Source of the DNA: a virus
Taxonomy: Duplodnaviria; Caudoviricetes
DNA length: 56,337 nucleotides
Virus record (IMG/VR): IMGVR_UViG_3300033993_002821
Coordinates: 1 to 56,337 of that record
Direction: 5' to 3' (one strand)
This document shows, piece after piece, positions 38,063-47,704 of this stretch. A program made the translations under genes and the position numbers. The notes beneath the pieces are model-generated. The model had not been told where the DNA came from. It worked only from the letters and a program-made list of their open reading frames with translations, and ran no database searches. Each line of letters starts with the position of its first letter. Within the stretch, counting starts at the first letter, position 1.

Positions 38063-39193
38063 ATGACCGCGCATTGGTCGCCGCAGCAGGCCGGGGCGCT
38101 GGACGCCGTGGCGGCCTGGCACCGCGCGTACAGCGCGGGCGAACGGGTGCCGCAGGTGTTCCGGGTGTTCGGCTTTGCGGGGACCGGCAAGACCACGCTG
38201 GCGCGGCATTTCGCCTCGACCATCAAGGGCCGCACCGTCTATGCGGCCTACACCGGCAAGGCCGCGCTGATGATGCAGCGCAATGGCTGCGAGGGGGCCT
38301 CGACCATTCACGGGCTGATCTACCAGGTCAAGGAGCGGCCCGACGGGTCTGTCGAATTCGTGCTGGACCCCGAAAGCGCCGCCGCCGACGCGGCGCTGAT
38401 CGTGATCGACGAATGCTCGATGGTGGACGAGGAAATCGGCCGCGACCTGCTGTCCTACCGCCGGCCGATCCTTGTGCTGGGCGACCCGGCGCAGCTGCCC
38501 CCGGTGAAGGGCGCGGGCTATTTCACGGCGGCAACGCCGGACGTGATGCTGACCGAGATTCACCGGCAGGCGAAGGACAACCCGATCATCCGGCTTGCAA
38601 CCGCGTCCCGGCTGGGCGAGCGCCTTGCCCTTGGCGAATACGGGGCAAGTCAGGTCGTTGCACGCGGCGTCCTTTCGGGGGCCGAGGTGCTGCGGGCCGA
38701 CCAGGTGCTGGTGGGCCGCAACGACACCCGCCGCCAGTACAACGCCCGGATGCGGGGGCTGCGCGGCTTTTCCGGGCCGCTGCCCGATGCGGGCGACCGG
38801 CTGGTCTGCCTGAAGAACGACCGCAGCAAGGGCATCTTCAACGGCGGGCTGTTCCGGGTGACGCAGGTTCTGGAACCGGTTGCCACAAGGGGCCGCGACG
38901 CCGGGTTCATGAAGCTGCTGCTGGGCTCTGATGATTTTCCCGACCGGGCGGGGATCGAGGTGAAGGTGCACCGCGCCTTCTTTGACGGTGATCCGAACGC
39001 GCTGGACTGGACGGTTCTGCGCGGCAGCCAGCAGTTCGACTTCGGCTATGCCCTGACCTGCCACAAGGCGCAGGGCAGCCAATGGCCGGACGTGATTGCC
39101 TATGACGAAAGCGGGACGTTCCGCGAGGACTGGGCGCGCTGGCTTTACACCGCGATCACCCGCGCGTCCGAACGCATCACCGTGGTTCAGTAG
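38063..39193 (+). CDS. Dda/RecD-like SF1B helicase
   Basis: GFAGTGKT, IDECSM, GDPAQLPPV, YALTCHKAQGS, YTAITRA. Confidence 0.93.
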   Translation: MTAHWSPQQAGALDAVAAWHRAYSAGERVPQVFRVFGFAGTGKTTLARHFASTIKGRTVYAAYTGKAALMMQRNGCEGASTIHGLIYQVKERPDGSVEFVLDPESAAADAALIVIDECSMVDEEIGRDLLSYRRPILVLGDPAQLPPVKGAGYFTAATPDVMLTEIHRQAKDNPIIRLATASRLGERLALGEYGASQVVARGVLSGAEVLRADQVLVGRNDTRRQYNARMRGLRGFSGPLPDAGDRLVCLKNDRSKGIFNGGLFRVTQVLEPVATRGRDAGFMKLLLGSDDFPDRAGIEVKVHRAFFDGDPNALDWTVLRGSQQFDFGYALTCHKAQGSQWPDVIAYDESGTFREDWARWLYTAITRASERITVVQ

Positions 39194-39202
39194 GGGGCAG
39201 CC

Positions 39203-39382
39203 ATGATCCGACGCCTCAAGATTGCCGGCCTGATCCTTTGGGCCATTGCGCTGATCGTTCTGGGCGGCGCGGCGGATGCCGCCGCGCGCCTGACCCGCTC
39301 GTTTGCCCTGCGCGCCATCGCCGATGACCTGGGCGGGGCGCATGACAGAACCCTGATCAGGATTGAAGGACTGCTGAAATGA
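39203..39382 (+). CDS. Small membrane protein
   Basis: MIRRLKIAGLILWAIALIVLGG. Confidence 0.5.
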   Translation: MIRRLKIAGLILWAIALIVLGGAADAAARLTRSFALRAIADDLGGAHDRTLIRIEGLLK

Positions 39383-39455
39383 TCGACACACCCCCGACCC
39401 AGGCCGAAGCCGAAGCCGAGCGACGCGCGCAAGCCCGCAAGATGAAAGGCGGTGA

Positions 39456-39668
39456 GTGATGAAAGACCGAATCTTCTTTGCCTGTGTGTTCGCCTATGCG
39501 CTCTGCGCGGTCCTGACATTCGGCCATGCCGCTGCGAACACGGAATGCACTCGGGACAGGGTTCAAGAGTGCACTGAGGAGGCCGCGCTCAATGGCGCTT
39601 TGGCAGGCCTTGTCTGGCCGCTCTACTGGTCTTGGGTCGCGTTCGATGCGGATGGGCAGCATGGGTGA
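39456..39668 (+). CDS. Small membrane protein
   Basis: Two hydrophobic segments, WPLYWSW. Confidence 0.55.
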   Translation: MMKDRIFFACVFAYALCAVLTFGHAAANTECTRDRVQECTEEAALNGALAGLVWPLYWSWVAFDADGQHG

Positions 39669-40578
39669 AGGCAGCGCAATCGAGTGGACCGACCACACCT
39701 TCAACCCGTGGACTGGCTGCACCAAGGTCAGCCCGGCCTGCGACCACTGCTATGCCGAAGGCTGGGCAAAGCGCAGCGGACATGTTGAATGGGGGCCGCA
39801 CGCCCCGCGCCGCCGCACGGCAGCCGCAACCTGGCAGGCCCCGCTGAAATGGAATCTGGCGGCGTCACAGGCCGGGCGTGCGCGGGTGTTCTGCGCCAGC
39901 CTTGCGGATGTGTTCGACAATCACCGCTCGATCCTGCCCGAATGGCGTGCGGAGCTGTGGCAGCTGATCGCCGCCACCCCGCACCTGGACTGGCTGCTGC
40001 TGACCAAGCGGCCCCAGAACATCGCGAAGATGCTGCCCCCGACATGGGGCAACGGCTGGCCGAACGTCTGGCTGGGCACGACCGTCGAGAACCAGACCGA
40101 GGCAGACCGGCGGATTCCGCACCTGCTGGCCACCCCTGCGGCGGTGCGGTTCCTCAGCGCGGAACCGCTGCTGGGGCCGGTGGCGCTGGACGCGATCCTG
40201 ACGCCGGACATGGGCATCTACGCTTTGACAGGCATAAGGTCAGACGGCAGAGGTCCTTCGGGGTTCAGTCGCGGCCCCCGTATTGACTGGGTGATCTGCG
40301 GCGGCGAAAGCGGCCCCGGTGCCCGGCCCATGCACCCTGACTGGGCACGGTCCCTGCGCGACCAGTGCGCAAGGGACCGCGTGCCGTTCTTTTTCAAGCA
40401 ACACGGAAAATGGCTGCATGAAAGCCAAGACCCGTATGGGTATTGGGATTGGTCCTACGCCGAAGATCGCGGGATTTTGCACTCATGGCCTGACAAAACC
40501 GACTCAATACCGCTTCGCGGTAAATCCGCCGGTCGCCTTCTGGACGGTCGCGAATGGAACGAGGTGCCAAATGGCTGA
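39661..40578 (+). CDS. DUF5131 (gp37/gp68) three-Cys protein
   Basis: IEWTD.TFNPW.GCTKVSPACDHCYA, LLTKRP, GGESG. Confidence 0.92.
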   Translation: MGEGSAIEWTDHTFNPWTGCTKVSPACDHCYAEGWAKRSGHVEWGPHAPRRRTAAATWQAPLKWNLAASQAGRARVFCASLADVFDNHRSILPEWRAELWQLIAATPHLDWLLLTKRPQNIAKMLPPTWGNGWPNVWLGTTVENQTEADRRIPHLLATPAAVRFLSAEPLLGPVALDAILTPDMGIYALTGIRSDGRGPSGFSRGPRIDWVICGGESGPGARPMHPDWARSLRDQCARDRVPFFFKQHGKWLHESQDPYGYWDWSYAEDRGILHSWPDKTDSIPLRGKSAGRLLDGREWNEVPNG

Positions 40579-40897
40579 CAAGCCCAAACGCATCCAACTC
40601 TCGCGCCGCAAAGGCTGGCGGATGCCGCCGGGTGCGGTGAAGGTGGACCGGTCGGGCCAGAAGCGCTGGGGCAACCCGTTCCTGTGGTCGGGATACGGCA
40701 AGGCGCTGTCTGACGAAAACGGCGAGTCCCAGCGCGCCGCCGCCGTGGCCGACTACCGCCAGTGGATCATGCAGCCCGAACAAGCCCACCTGCGCGACGC
40801 GGCCCGCACCGAACTGCGCGGCAAAAACCTTGCCTGCTGGTGCCCTCCTGACCAGCCCTGCCACGCTGATGTTTTGCTGGAGCTTGCAAATGACTGA
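40571..40897 (+). CDS. DUF4326 family protein
   Basis: RIQ..R.KGWR.P, WGNPF, LRGKNLACWC...CHADVL. Confidence 0.9.
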   Translation: MADKPKRIQLSRRKGWRMPPGAVKVDRSGQKRWGNPFLWSGYGKALSDENGESQRAAAVADYRQWIMQPEQAHLRDAARTELRGKNLACWCPPDQPCHADVLLELAND

Positions 40898-41228
40898 CCG
40901 CACAAAAGACCGACTCGCGCGCGATCTTCGCGCCATCGCTGAAACCGCCCCACCCGAAAAATCAAGCATCTATCGCGCCCTTGCGGATCGTGCCGCGACC
41001 GGCGAGTTTGATGATTTCTCCAGCGTCCATTTCTGCGGGCCAACCGCCCTCTATCAAGCCCTGATCGGCCACGGATTGCAAAAATTCGCAAGGCGGGTGG
41101 CAGAAGGCGAATATGACGCCACCCGTGAGGAAAGCGACGAGTGGGCCAACTCGCCCGAAGGCCGCGAAGCAATGAAGGAATTTACGCCAGAACAGCGGGC
41201 CAGTCTGTTTGGAGTTTACGACGCATGA
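40890..41228 (+). CDS. Hypothetical protein
   Basis: Coupled ORF. Confidence 0.6.
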   Translation: MTDRTKDRLARDLRAIAETAPPEKSSIYRALADRAATGEFDDFSSVHFCGPTALYQALIGHGLQKFARRVAEGEYDATREESDEWANSPEGREAMKEFTPEQRASLFGVYDA

Positions 41229-41806
41229 CTGACCTCCCCCCGCCTTACCCCTTGCTCTGGCCCGAAGGCCAGCGGCGCACCGGCAGGCCCGGCGAGGCGC
41301 AATTCCGCACCACACGCCATCAGGCGATCCAGAACGTCGAAAAGTCGCTTGAAGATTTCGGGCGCGACAGCGGCATCCGCGTGGGCGGCGTGCAGATTAC
41401 CTCCAGCGTCGCGGGCCTGCGGAGCGTCGAACCGGTCGATCCAGGCGTGGCGATCTGGTTTTTATGGGATGGCGACCTGCGCTGCATCGCGGTGGACCGC
41501 TACAGCAAGGTCGAGTGGAATTTGCAGGCAATCCACCATGTTCTGGAAGCCGACCGCACGAAGATTCGACACGGCGGGCTGGAAATGGTGCGCGCCGCCT
41601 GGCGCGGCCTCACGCTGGCCCTGCGCGCCCCCGGCGACCGGCCCTGGCACGAGGTGCTGGGCGTTCCCGCCACCGCCACCGCTGACCAGATCGACGCCGC
41701 CTGGAAGGCCCGCGCCCGCGATCTGGCAGCGCGCGGCGACGAGGTGCAGATGAAAGAACTGAACGTGGCGCGGGACAAGGCAAAGAAGGAGCGCGGCAAT
41801 GGCTGA
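41225..41806 (+). CDS. Phage protein with C-terminal J-domain-like region lacking HPD
   Basis: YPL.WP.G..R, DPGVA.WF, WHEVLGV...ID.AW...MKELN.AR. Confidence 0.75.
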   Translation: MTDLPPPYPLLWPEGQRRTGRPGEAQFRTTRHQAIQNVEKSLEDFGRDSGIRVGGVQITSSVAGLRSVEPVDPGVAIWFLWDGDLRCIAVDRYSKVEWNLQAIHHVLEADRTKIRHGGLEMVRAAWRGLTLALRAPGDRPWHEVLGVPATATADQIDAAWKARARDLAARGDEVQMKELNVARDKAKKERGNG

Positions 41807-41912
41807 CCGCAATGAGTCCCATCAGATTGAGGTGACCAACAATCTGATGGGAAAGCCGGTGGATCACATACAGCGCCACCATTTGCGCAGCATCAGGAAA
41901 AAGGTTTGAGGG

Positions 41913-42119
41913 ATGGCTGACGAACACCAGATCACGCGCGGGGCAGACCTGACGGAGGCAGACATCGACCTTCTCGCAGCCGATGCGATTGCGGTCAGCT
42001 GGTGGTGCATGCGCAACCGGATCAAGCGCTTGGACCAGCAAGCGCAGGTGCGCGAGGCCCTGCGCGCGCGGCTGGGCCGCCGCCCGCTGGTGATCGGGAA
42101 GACCGAGGAGGAAAGATGA
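41913..42119 (+). CDS. Hypothetical protein
   Basis: GAGG RBS. Confidence 0.5.
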   Translation: MADEHQITRGADLTEADIDLLAADAIAVSWWCMRNRIKRLDQQAQVREALRARLGRRPLVIGKTEEER

Positions 42120-42394
42120 CGACACTCACCGAGCGTGACGCAGAGTTGCTGGCGGCGGGGCAGGCAAGGAAAATGCCGGTTTCCGGCGATGACGTTCAAC
42201 TTCTCGACGACCTTCACCAGAAAGGGCTGGTTGTTCTGTCCGGTGCGCGACCGGTTTGTTTCAAGACGACCGGTGACGGCCATGCCGCCCTGGCCCGCTA
42301 TCGGGCGGCCACCGCCAGCAAAGACTTTTCCGGGATCACCGCCGCCGAGGTTAACGAATGGCTGGCTACCCTGCCGCCCTGGGGGGAACCATGA
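42116..42394 (+). CDS. Hypothetical protein (winged-helix-like)
   Basis: L..KGLV...F.TT.DG.AAL. Confidence 0.5.
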   Translation: MTTLTERDAELLAAGQARKMPVSGDDVQLLDDLHQKGLVVLSGARPVCFKTTGDGHAALARYRAATASKDFSGITAAEVNEWLATLPPWGEP

Positions 42395-42753
42395 CCCTGA
42401 GCCTCGCCCTGGCACTCACCTGCGCCCTGCTGTCCGTCACCGACGGCGACACAATCCGCGCCGCCTGCCCGGACCCGGTGATCATCCGCATCGCCAATAT
42501 CGACGCGCCCGCAGGCGCCGATTGCCCCCGTGACGCCGCGCGCTCTGCCGATACCCTGGCCGACCTGCTGACCGGCACGATCACGGTGCAGCCGCTTTAC
42601 CTCGACCGCTGGGGTCGCACCGTGGCCACCGTCACCGCGCAGGGCCAAGACGTTGGGCAGACCCTGCTGGACGCCGGAGCTGCGAAGAAATGGCCGCACG
42701 ACAGCAAGGGCCGCGCGCAGCAGCCCAGGCCGAAATGGCGGGGGTGCAGATGA
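42391..42753 (+). CDS. Thermonuclease (SNase) family protein
   Basis: VTDGDTI, IRIANIDAP, DRWGRTVA. Confidence 0.85.
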   Translation: MTLSLALALTCALLSVTDGDTIRAACPDPVIIRIANIDAPAGADCPRDAARSADTLADLLTGTITVQPLYLDRWGRTVATVTAQGQDVGQTLLDAGAAKKWPHDSKGRAQQPRPKWRGCR

Positions 42754-43259
42754 CCCCGACCTACCGCCGCGCGCTGGCCGAATTCCGCGCCGCCGGGATC
42801 GACATTCTTGTCATCCCCGGCCCCGGCCAGGTGACGGGCAAGGCATTTGCCCGGCCCGCCGATCCGGAAGAATCGCCGCAGCGCACCAGGCTTTACGTCA
42901 CGATTCAGGGGTCCACCTTCAGCGGCCTGTGGCTGTTCGTCCTTCTGCACGAGGTGGCGCACCATTCGATGGGCCACACAACCGTCCGTACCACCGTGCC
43001 TGTCTGGCAGCAGGAATACGATGCCGATCAGGAAGCCCTGCGCCTGCTGGCCGGGTGGCAGCCCGCCGCCCTGCCGCGCTGTGAGGCCGCATCAAAGCAG
43101 CACATCCGGCCCCGGCTGCAGGCAATGATCAATGCCGAAATCTGGAACCACGTCGACGGCGACATTGCCCGCTGGGCGGGCTGCACCTTACCCCCGGAGT
43201 ATCACGAATGGAGGGCCGACATGGCAGCGGGTGCCCCGTCGGTAGATTTGGAGTTCTGA
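42750..43259 (+). CDS. HEXXH metallopeptidase (ImmA/IrrE-like)
   Basis: LLHEVAHHSMGH...QEYDAD. Confidence 0.7.
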   Translation: MTPTYRRALAEFRAAGIDILVIPGPGQVTGKAFARPADPEESPQRTRLYVTIQGSTFSGLWLFVLLHEVAHHSMGHTTVRTTVPVWQQEYDADQEALRLLAGWQPAALPRCEAASKQHIRPRLQAMINAEIWNHVDGDIARWAGCTLPPEYHEWRADMAAGAPSVDLEF

Positions 43260-43300
43260 CTGCACCCCGACCGCCTTTTCCCCGTTTCAAGGAGTAACCA

Positions 43301-45478
43301 GTGAACGACATGACCTTCGACGGGCCTTTGCCCCTGATCATCGACAGCTTTGCCGGGGGCGGCGGGGCCTCTACCGGCATCGAACTCGCCCTTGGCCGGT
43401 CGCCCGACGTGGCGATCAACCACAACGCCGCCGCCCTGGCCCTGCACGCGGCCAACCACCCCGAGACGCTGCACCTGGACAGCAACATCTGGGATGTGGA
43501 GCCGCGCGCCGTCACCAAGGGCCGCCGGGTCGGCCTGCTCTGGGCCTCGCCCGATTGCAAGCACTTCTCCAAGGCCAAGGGCGGCGCGCCGCGCGACCGT
43601 AACATCCGGGATCTGGCGTGGGTCGTGGTGCGCTGGGCGGAAGAGGTGAAGCCCGACGTGATCCTGATGGAGAATGTCGAGGAATTCCAGACCTGGGGAC
43701 CGATCGACAACGAAGGCCAGCCGATCAGGGAATTCGCCGGGCAGACCTACGAGCTTTGGGTCAGGCGTCTTCGGGCCGCCGGATACCGGGTGCAATGGCG
43801 CGAGCTGCGCGCCTGCGATTACGGCGCGCCCACGATCCGCAACCGCTACTTCCTTGTGGCGCGGCGCGATGGGCGGCCCATCGTCTGGCCGAAGCCCACG
43901 CATGGCGATCCGAAATCGGACGCGGTGAAGAAGGGCCGGCTCAAGCCGTGGCGCACCGCCGCCGAATGCATCGACTGGTCGGTGCCCTGCCCGTCGATCT
44001 TCGACAGTGCCGAACAGATCAGGTCCACGCTGGGGCTGGCGGCAAAGCGCCCGCTGGCCGACAACACGCTGGCCCGGATCGCGCGCGGGATGAAGCGCTA
44101 TGTGATCGAGGCCGAGCGCCCCTTTCTGGTCAACCTCACGCACGGCGGGCGCACCGAGGATGTGGCCGAGCCGTTCAAGACGATCACCGGGGCGCACCGG
44201 GGCGAAAAGGCGCTGGTGGCCCCGTCGATCACGCGGTTCAACGGCGGGGCCACGGGCAGCGCGATGGATGATCCGATGCCGACGGTGACCGCGAATAGCT
44301 GGATCAGGAAGCCGGGCGGGGCCGCCCCGCTTGGCCTATTGGCCCCGTCGCTGGTCAGCGTGGCGCATGGCGACAGCGGCGGGCGGCTGGAATACCCGCT
44401 GACAGACCCCTACGGCGCGGTGACCGCGGGGGGCATCACCCACGCGCTGGTGGCCCCGGTCCTGACCTATGCCCAGCAGGGCGGGGCTACCCGGTCGCCG
44501 CAAAGCCCGCTGCACACCGTCACCGCCTCGGCCAAGGATCAGAACGCGGTGATCCTGCCGACCCTGATCCAGACCGGCTATGGCGAGGCTCCGGGCCAGG
44601 CCCCCCGCGCGCTGGATATCGGCCAGCCCCTTGGTACGGTCGTGGCGGGCGGGGTGAAGCACGCGCTGATTGCCACCACGATCATGGGCTGCGGCGGGCG
44701 GGCGGCGCAAAGCCGTCCGCGCGGGATCGACGAGCCGACCGCCACCGTCACCGCCAAGGCCGATGCCTGCGCCGCCGTCGCCTTTCTTGCCCAGCACAAC
44801 ACCGGAGTTACCGGGCACGACGCGCGCGAGCCGCTGTCAACCGTCACCGGGGCCGGGTCGCACCAGCAGCCGGTCGCGGCCTTCATTGCCCGGCATTTCG
44901 GGGCCAGCATCGGACATTCCGCCGGGGCACCGCTTGGAAACGTGACGGCGGACGGGGGCGGCAAGAGCAGCCCGGTCGCGGCCTTTTTCGCCAAATACTA
45001 CGGTACCGGCGACGGCGCGCGGCAGGACGAGCCGATGCACACCGTCACCACGAACGACCGCTTCGGCCATATGCAGGCCGTGCTGGCCTGCCCGCCCTTC
45101 GGCCCCGAGCATGAGGCCCGCGCCCGCGAGGTGGCCGAATTCCTGCGCGCGCACGACGCCTGGCACGGCGGCGAGTTCGTGACGCTGACCATCGACGGCG
45201 GCACCTTTGTGGTGGTTGACATCGGGATGCGCATGCTGACGCCGCGCGAGCTGTTCCGGGCGCAGGGCTTTCCCGAGGATTACGTGATCGAAGGGGTCTG
45301 GGAAGAGCGGGGCGGCGACTGGCACTGGCGGCCCTTCGCCAAGGATGTGCAGGTCGGATGCTGCGGCAACTCGGTGTGCCCGCCGCTGGTCGACGAGCTG
45401 GTGCGCGCCAACTGCGGGCATCTGGTCACCGACGCCGCGCGGGCCGTGCCTGCGGGGCAGGAGGCCGGGCATGCCTAA
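43301..45478 (+). CDS. C5 cytosine DNA methyltransferase
   Basis: FAGGGG, SPDCKHFS, ENV, PTIR.R, RMLTPREL..AQGFP, GNSV. Confidence 0.93.
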   Translation: MNDMTFDGPLPLIIDSFAGGGGASTGIELALGRSPDVAINHNAAALALHAANHPETLHLDSNIWDVEPRAVTKGRRVGLLWASPDCKHFSKAKGGAPRDRNIRDLAWVVVRWAEEVKPDVILMENVEEFQTWGPIDNEGQPIREFAGQTYELWVRRLRAAGYRVQWRELRACDYGAPTIRNRYFLVARRDGRPIVWPKPTHGDPKSDAVKKGRLKPWRTAAECIDWSVPCPSIFDSAEQIRSTLGLAAKRPLADNTLARIARGMKRYVIEAERPFLVNLTHGGRTEDVAEPFKTITGAHRGEKALVAPSITRFNGGATGSAMDDPMPTVTANSWIRKPGGAAPLGLLAPSLVSVAHGDSGGRLEYPLTDPYGAVTAGGITHALVAPVLTYAQQGGATRSPQSPLHTVTASAKDQNAVILPTLIQTGYGEAPGQAPRALDIGQPLGTVVAGGVKHALIATTIMGCGGRAAQSRPRGIDEPTATVTAKADACAAVAFLAQHNTGVTGHDAREPLSTVTGAGSHQQPVAAFIARHFGASIGHSAGAPLGNVTADGGGKSSPVAAFFAKYYGTGDGARQDEPMHTVTTNDRFGHMQAVLACPPFGPEHEARAREVAEFLRAHDAWHGGEFVTLTIDGGTFVVVDIGMRMLTPRELFRAQGFPEDYVIEGVWEERGGDWHWRPFAKDVQVGCCGNSVCPPLVDELVRANCGHLVTDAARAVPAGQEAGHA

Positions 45479-45836
45479 ACTGACCTGGCAAAGCGCCTTT
45501 TCCTGCTGCCCGCCGATCCGCGACGGCGGCACCATGGATTCCTGCCTGCTGGGCGCGGTCGAGGTGGGGCGGGTCCAGAAGATCGGCAACCGGGGGGCGT
45601 GGATATGCTGGCTGCCCGGTGCCAGCGGCCAAAGCTACGCGGGGTGGAAGGACGCCAAGGATTGGCCTGCCGCCCGCGCCGCCCTTGCCGCCCGCGTATC
45701 CCTGTTTCTGGACGCCGCCGGGCTTGACGCCCGCGACAGCGCGGCAAGGCCGCCCGCGCCCGCAATCCCGCCCCTTGGCACCACGCCCACGGGCGCTGCA
45801 ACCCAACCTGATCTGTTTGAAGAGGCTCGCCCGTGA
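45471..45836 (+). CDS. Hypothetical protein
   Basis: GGAGG RBS; overlaps MTase end. Confidence 0.5.
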   Translation: MPKLTWQSAFSCCPPIRDGGTMDSCLLGAVEVGRVQKIGNRGAWICWLPGASGQSYAGWKDAKDWPAARAALAARVSLFLDAAGLDARDSAARPPAPAIPPLGTTPTGAATQPDLFEEARP

Positions 45837-46456
45837 CCCAGAACACATCCTCCGCCGTCATGGCCCAGCGCCGCGAACCCAAAGACAGCCTGGACGATTT
45901 TCCGACCCCGCCCTGGGCCACCCGCGCGCTGTGCGAATTTCTGCTTGAGCATGGCCTGATCTGGCCCGGCATGTCGGTGCGGGAACCGGCGGCAAACCGG
46001 GGCCACATGGCCCGCGCGCTGGGCGAATACTTTTCGCGCGTGATCGCCTCGGACGTGGCCGATTATGGGGCGGGCTTTCCGATCGACGATTTCCTGATGC
46101 CCGGCAATCTGGAAACCGCGCATTGGACGATCACCAACCCGCCGTTCCGGCTGGCCGAAGAATTTCTGTTCCGGGCGTTGCAGACGACTCGCCATGGTGT
46201 GGCCCTGCTGGGCCGCACGTCTTTCCTTGAGGGGATCGGCCGCCATGAACGGGTCTTCAGTCAGGCCGCGCCGGATCACGTCCTACAGTTTTCGGAAAGG
46301 GTGGTGATGCACAAGGCCAGGCTGTCAAAAGACGGCAGCACGGCCACCGCCTATTGCTGGCTGATCTGGCGGAAGGACGGCAACAACGCGGGAAGCACAC
46401 TGCACTGGACCGGCGTCTGCCGCAGCAGGCTTGAGCGGCCCGGCGACTATCCCTGA
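45833..46456 (+). CDS. Amino (N6-adenine-type) DNA methyltransferase
   Basis: DDFPTPPW, EPAAN.G.M, ITNPPF. Confidence 0.85.
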   Translation: MTQNTSSAVMAQRREPKDSLDDFPTPPWATRALCEFLLEHGLIWPGMSVREPAANRGHMARALGEYFSRVIASDVADYGAGFPIDDFLMPGNLETAHWTITNPPFRLAEEFLFRALQTTRHGVALLGRTSFLEGIGRHERVFSQAAPDHVLQFSERVVMHKARLSKDGSTATAYCWLIWRKDGNNAGSTLHWTGVCRSRLERPGDYP

Positions 46457-47127
46457 GGCCCGGCATTGAGCGCGGCGATGAACAGGCGCGCGCCCTTGGC
46501 AAAGGCCGCATTGGCCACATCGGACCCGGACACCGTAATTTCGCCGCGCCGCGCCAATTCAATATCCGACGGGAACGGGTAGGGATTGCCATCGACAAAG
46601 ACATTGGCGACAGAGACCGAAAGTGCCTTTGGGGTGTCATTGATGATTCTTGCCGACACCGTAAAGCCCTGCGATCCGATCTGGTTCTGCAAATCCTCCG
46701 GGATGGAATTGAACAGCGCGGCCAGCGTCGTGTCATTGGAATGGATTTCGATAAAGGTTGTGTCCTTTTCCTGGAAGATTCCGACATAGACCGGCTTCAG
46801 GCTGTCAGACTTTCCGTTCGCCAGCTCTGCCACCATCTGCGTTTCGACATCGAAATCGGCAAAAGTCCTGAATTCCACCTCGCGGCAGCCGGAATAGGTC
46901 GCGGCGGTAAAATGGGCGGACAGCGGCCCCGTTAAACTGTCAGCGGCCTTCTGGCATTCGTTCTGCGACGGAACCTCGAAGGCCAGCCGCATGGCGGCGG
47001 GAAGGGCGGCAGACCCGTCCCGGATCGCCCGAACGTCGGAGAGATAGATGTCGCTCAGGACATCAACCTGGCACCCGGCCAGGGCAACCGGCGCGCAGAG
47101 CGCCACCACGCGAAAGGCATGCACCAT
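46447..47127 (-). CDS. Lipoprotein, candidate lysogenic conversion/superinfection exclusion gene
   Basis: Lipobox LAGC; lone gene opposing its neighbours. Confidence 0.7.
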   Translation of the reverse strand: MVHAFRVVALCAPVALAGCQVDVLSDIYLSDVRAIRDGSAALPAAMRLAFEVPSQNECQKAADSLTGPLSAHFTAATYSGCREVEFRTFADFDVETQMVAELANGKSDSLKPVYVGIFQEKDTTFIEIHSNDTTLAALFNSIPEDLQNQIGSQGFTVSARIINDTPKALSVSVANVFVDGNPYPFPSDIELARRGEITVSGSDVANAAFAKGARLFIAALNAGPQG

Positions 47128-47161
47128 AGGAAACCCCCTGAATGCCCACCGGCCCCGGCGG

Positions 47162-47365
47162 GCGTTACACAGCGTTACATCCATCAAATGTCACGCAATG
47201 TCACGTTTTTCCCGACAGCCTGCCCGTGACGGGCGAAAATGCGTCACGATCCGGCCAACTGCCGGAAAAATTCCTTTAATTGCAGCGGGCAGGGCCAGAG
47301 AACGTGACATTCCAAAAGAATTTGTCACGAAATGTCACGCGATGTCACGCGATGTCACGCGATGT
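47162..47365. repeat. Iteron-like (T)GTCACG array, candidate origin
   Basis: About 9 copies in both orientations, several at 10-bp spacing. Confidence 0.75.
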
Positions 47366-47610
47366 TGGCCGAAAACAAGTGTCTTATCCGAAAACATGAA
47401 TGTTGCATTTTTTGGCCGCGCGCGAAAAACCGGCCTAAGCCCCTTGTCCAAAAATCCAAATATGACCGAATCCACCCCTCGCGCCGCCCGCGCCGTGGCG
47501 GCCCCTCACGCAGTTGTGATTGGACGAAAACCAACTTAAAGGGCTGTTCTTCGCGTCGTGGGGACCCCGTGTGCGCGGATTTTCCCTCTTCCCTTGTTGA
47601 GTCAACTGAG

Positions 47611-47640
47611 GAGAGAAAGACGTTCCAACGTCTTTCTCTC
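47611..47640. other. Perfect inverted repeat
   Basis: GAGAGAAAGACGTT-cc-AACGTCTTTCTCTC. Confidence 0.85.
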
Positions 47641-47704
47641 TCCTTCTCAGACAGAACTCTGAACTTCTCATCACCCTGAAATCATCAGTCAGAGGTCCGC
47701 GCGC

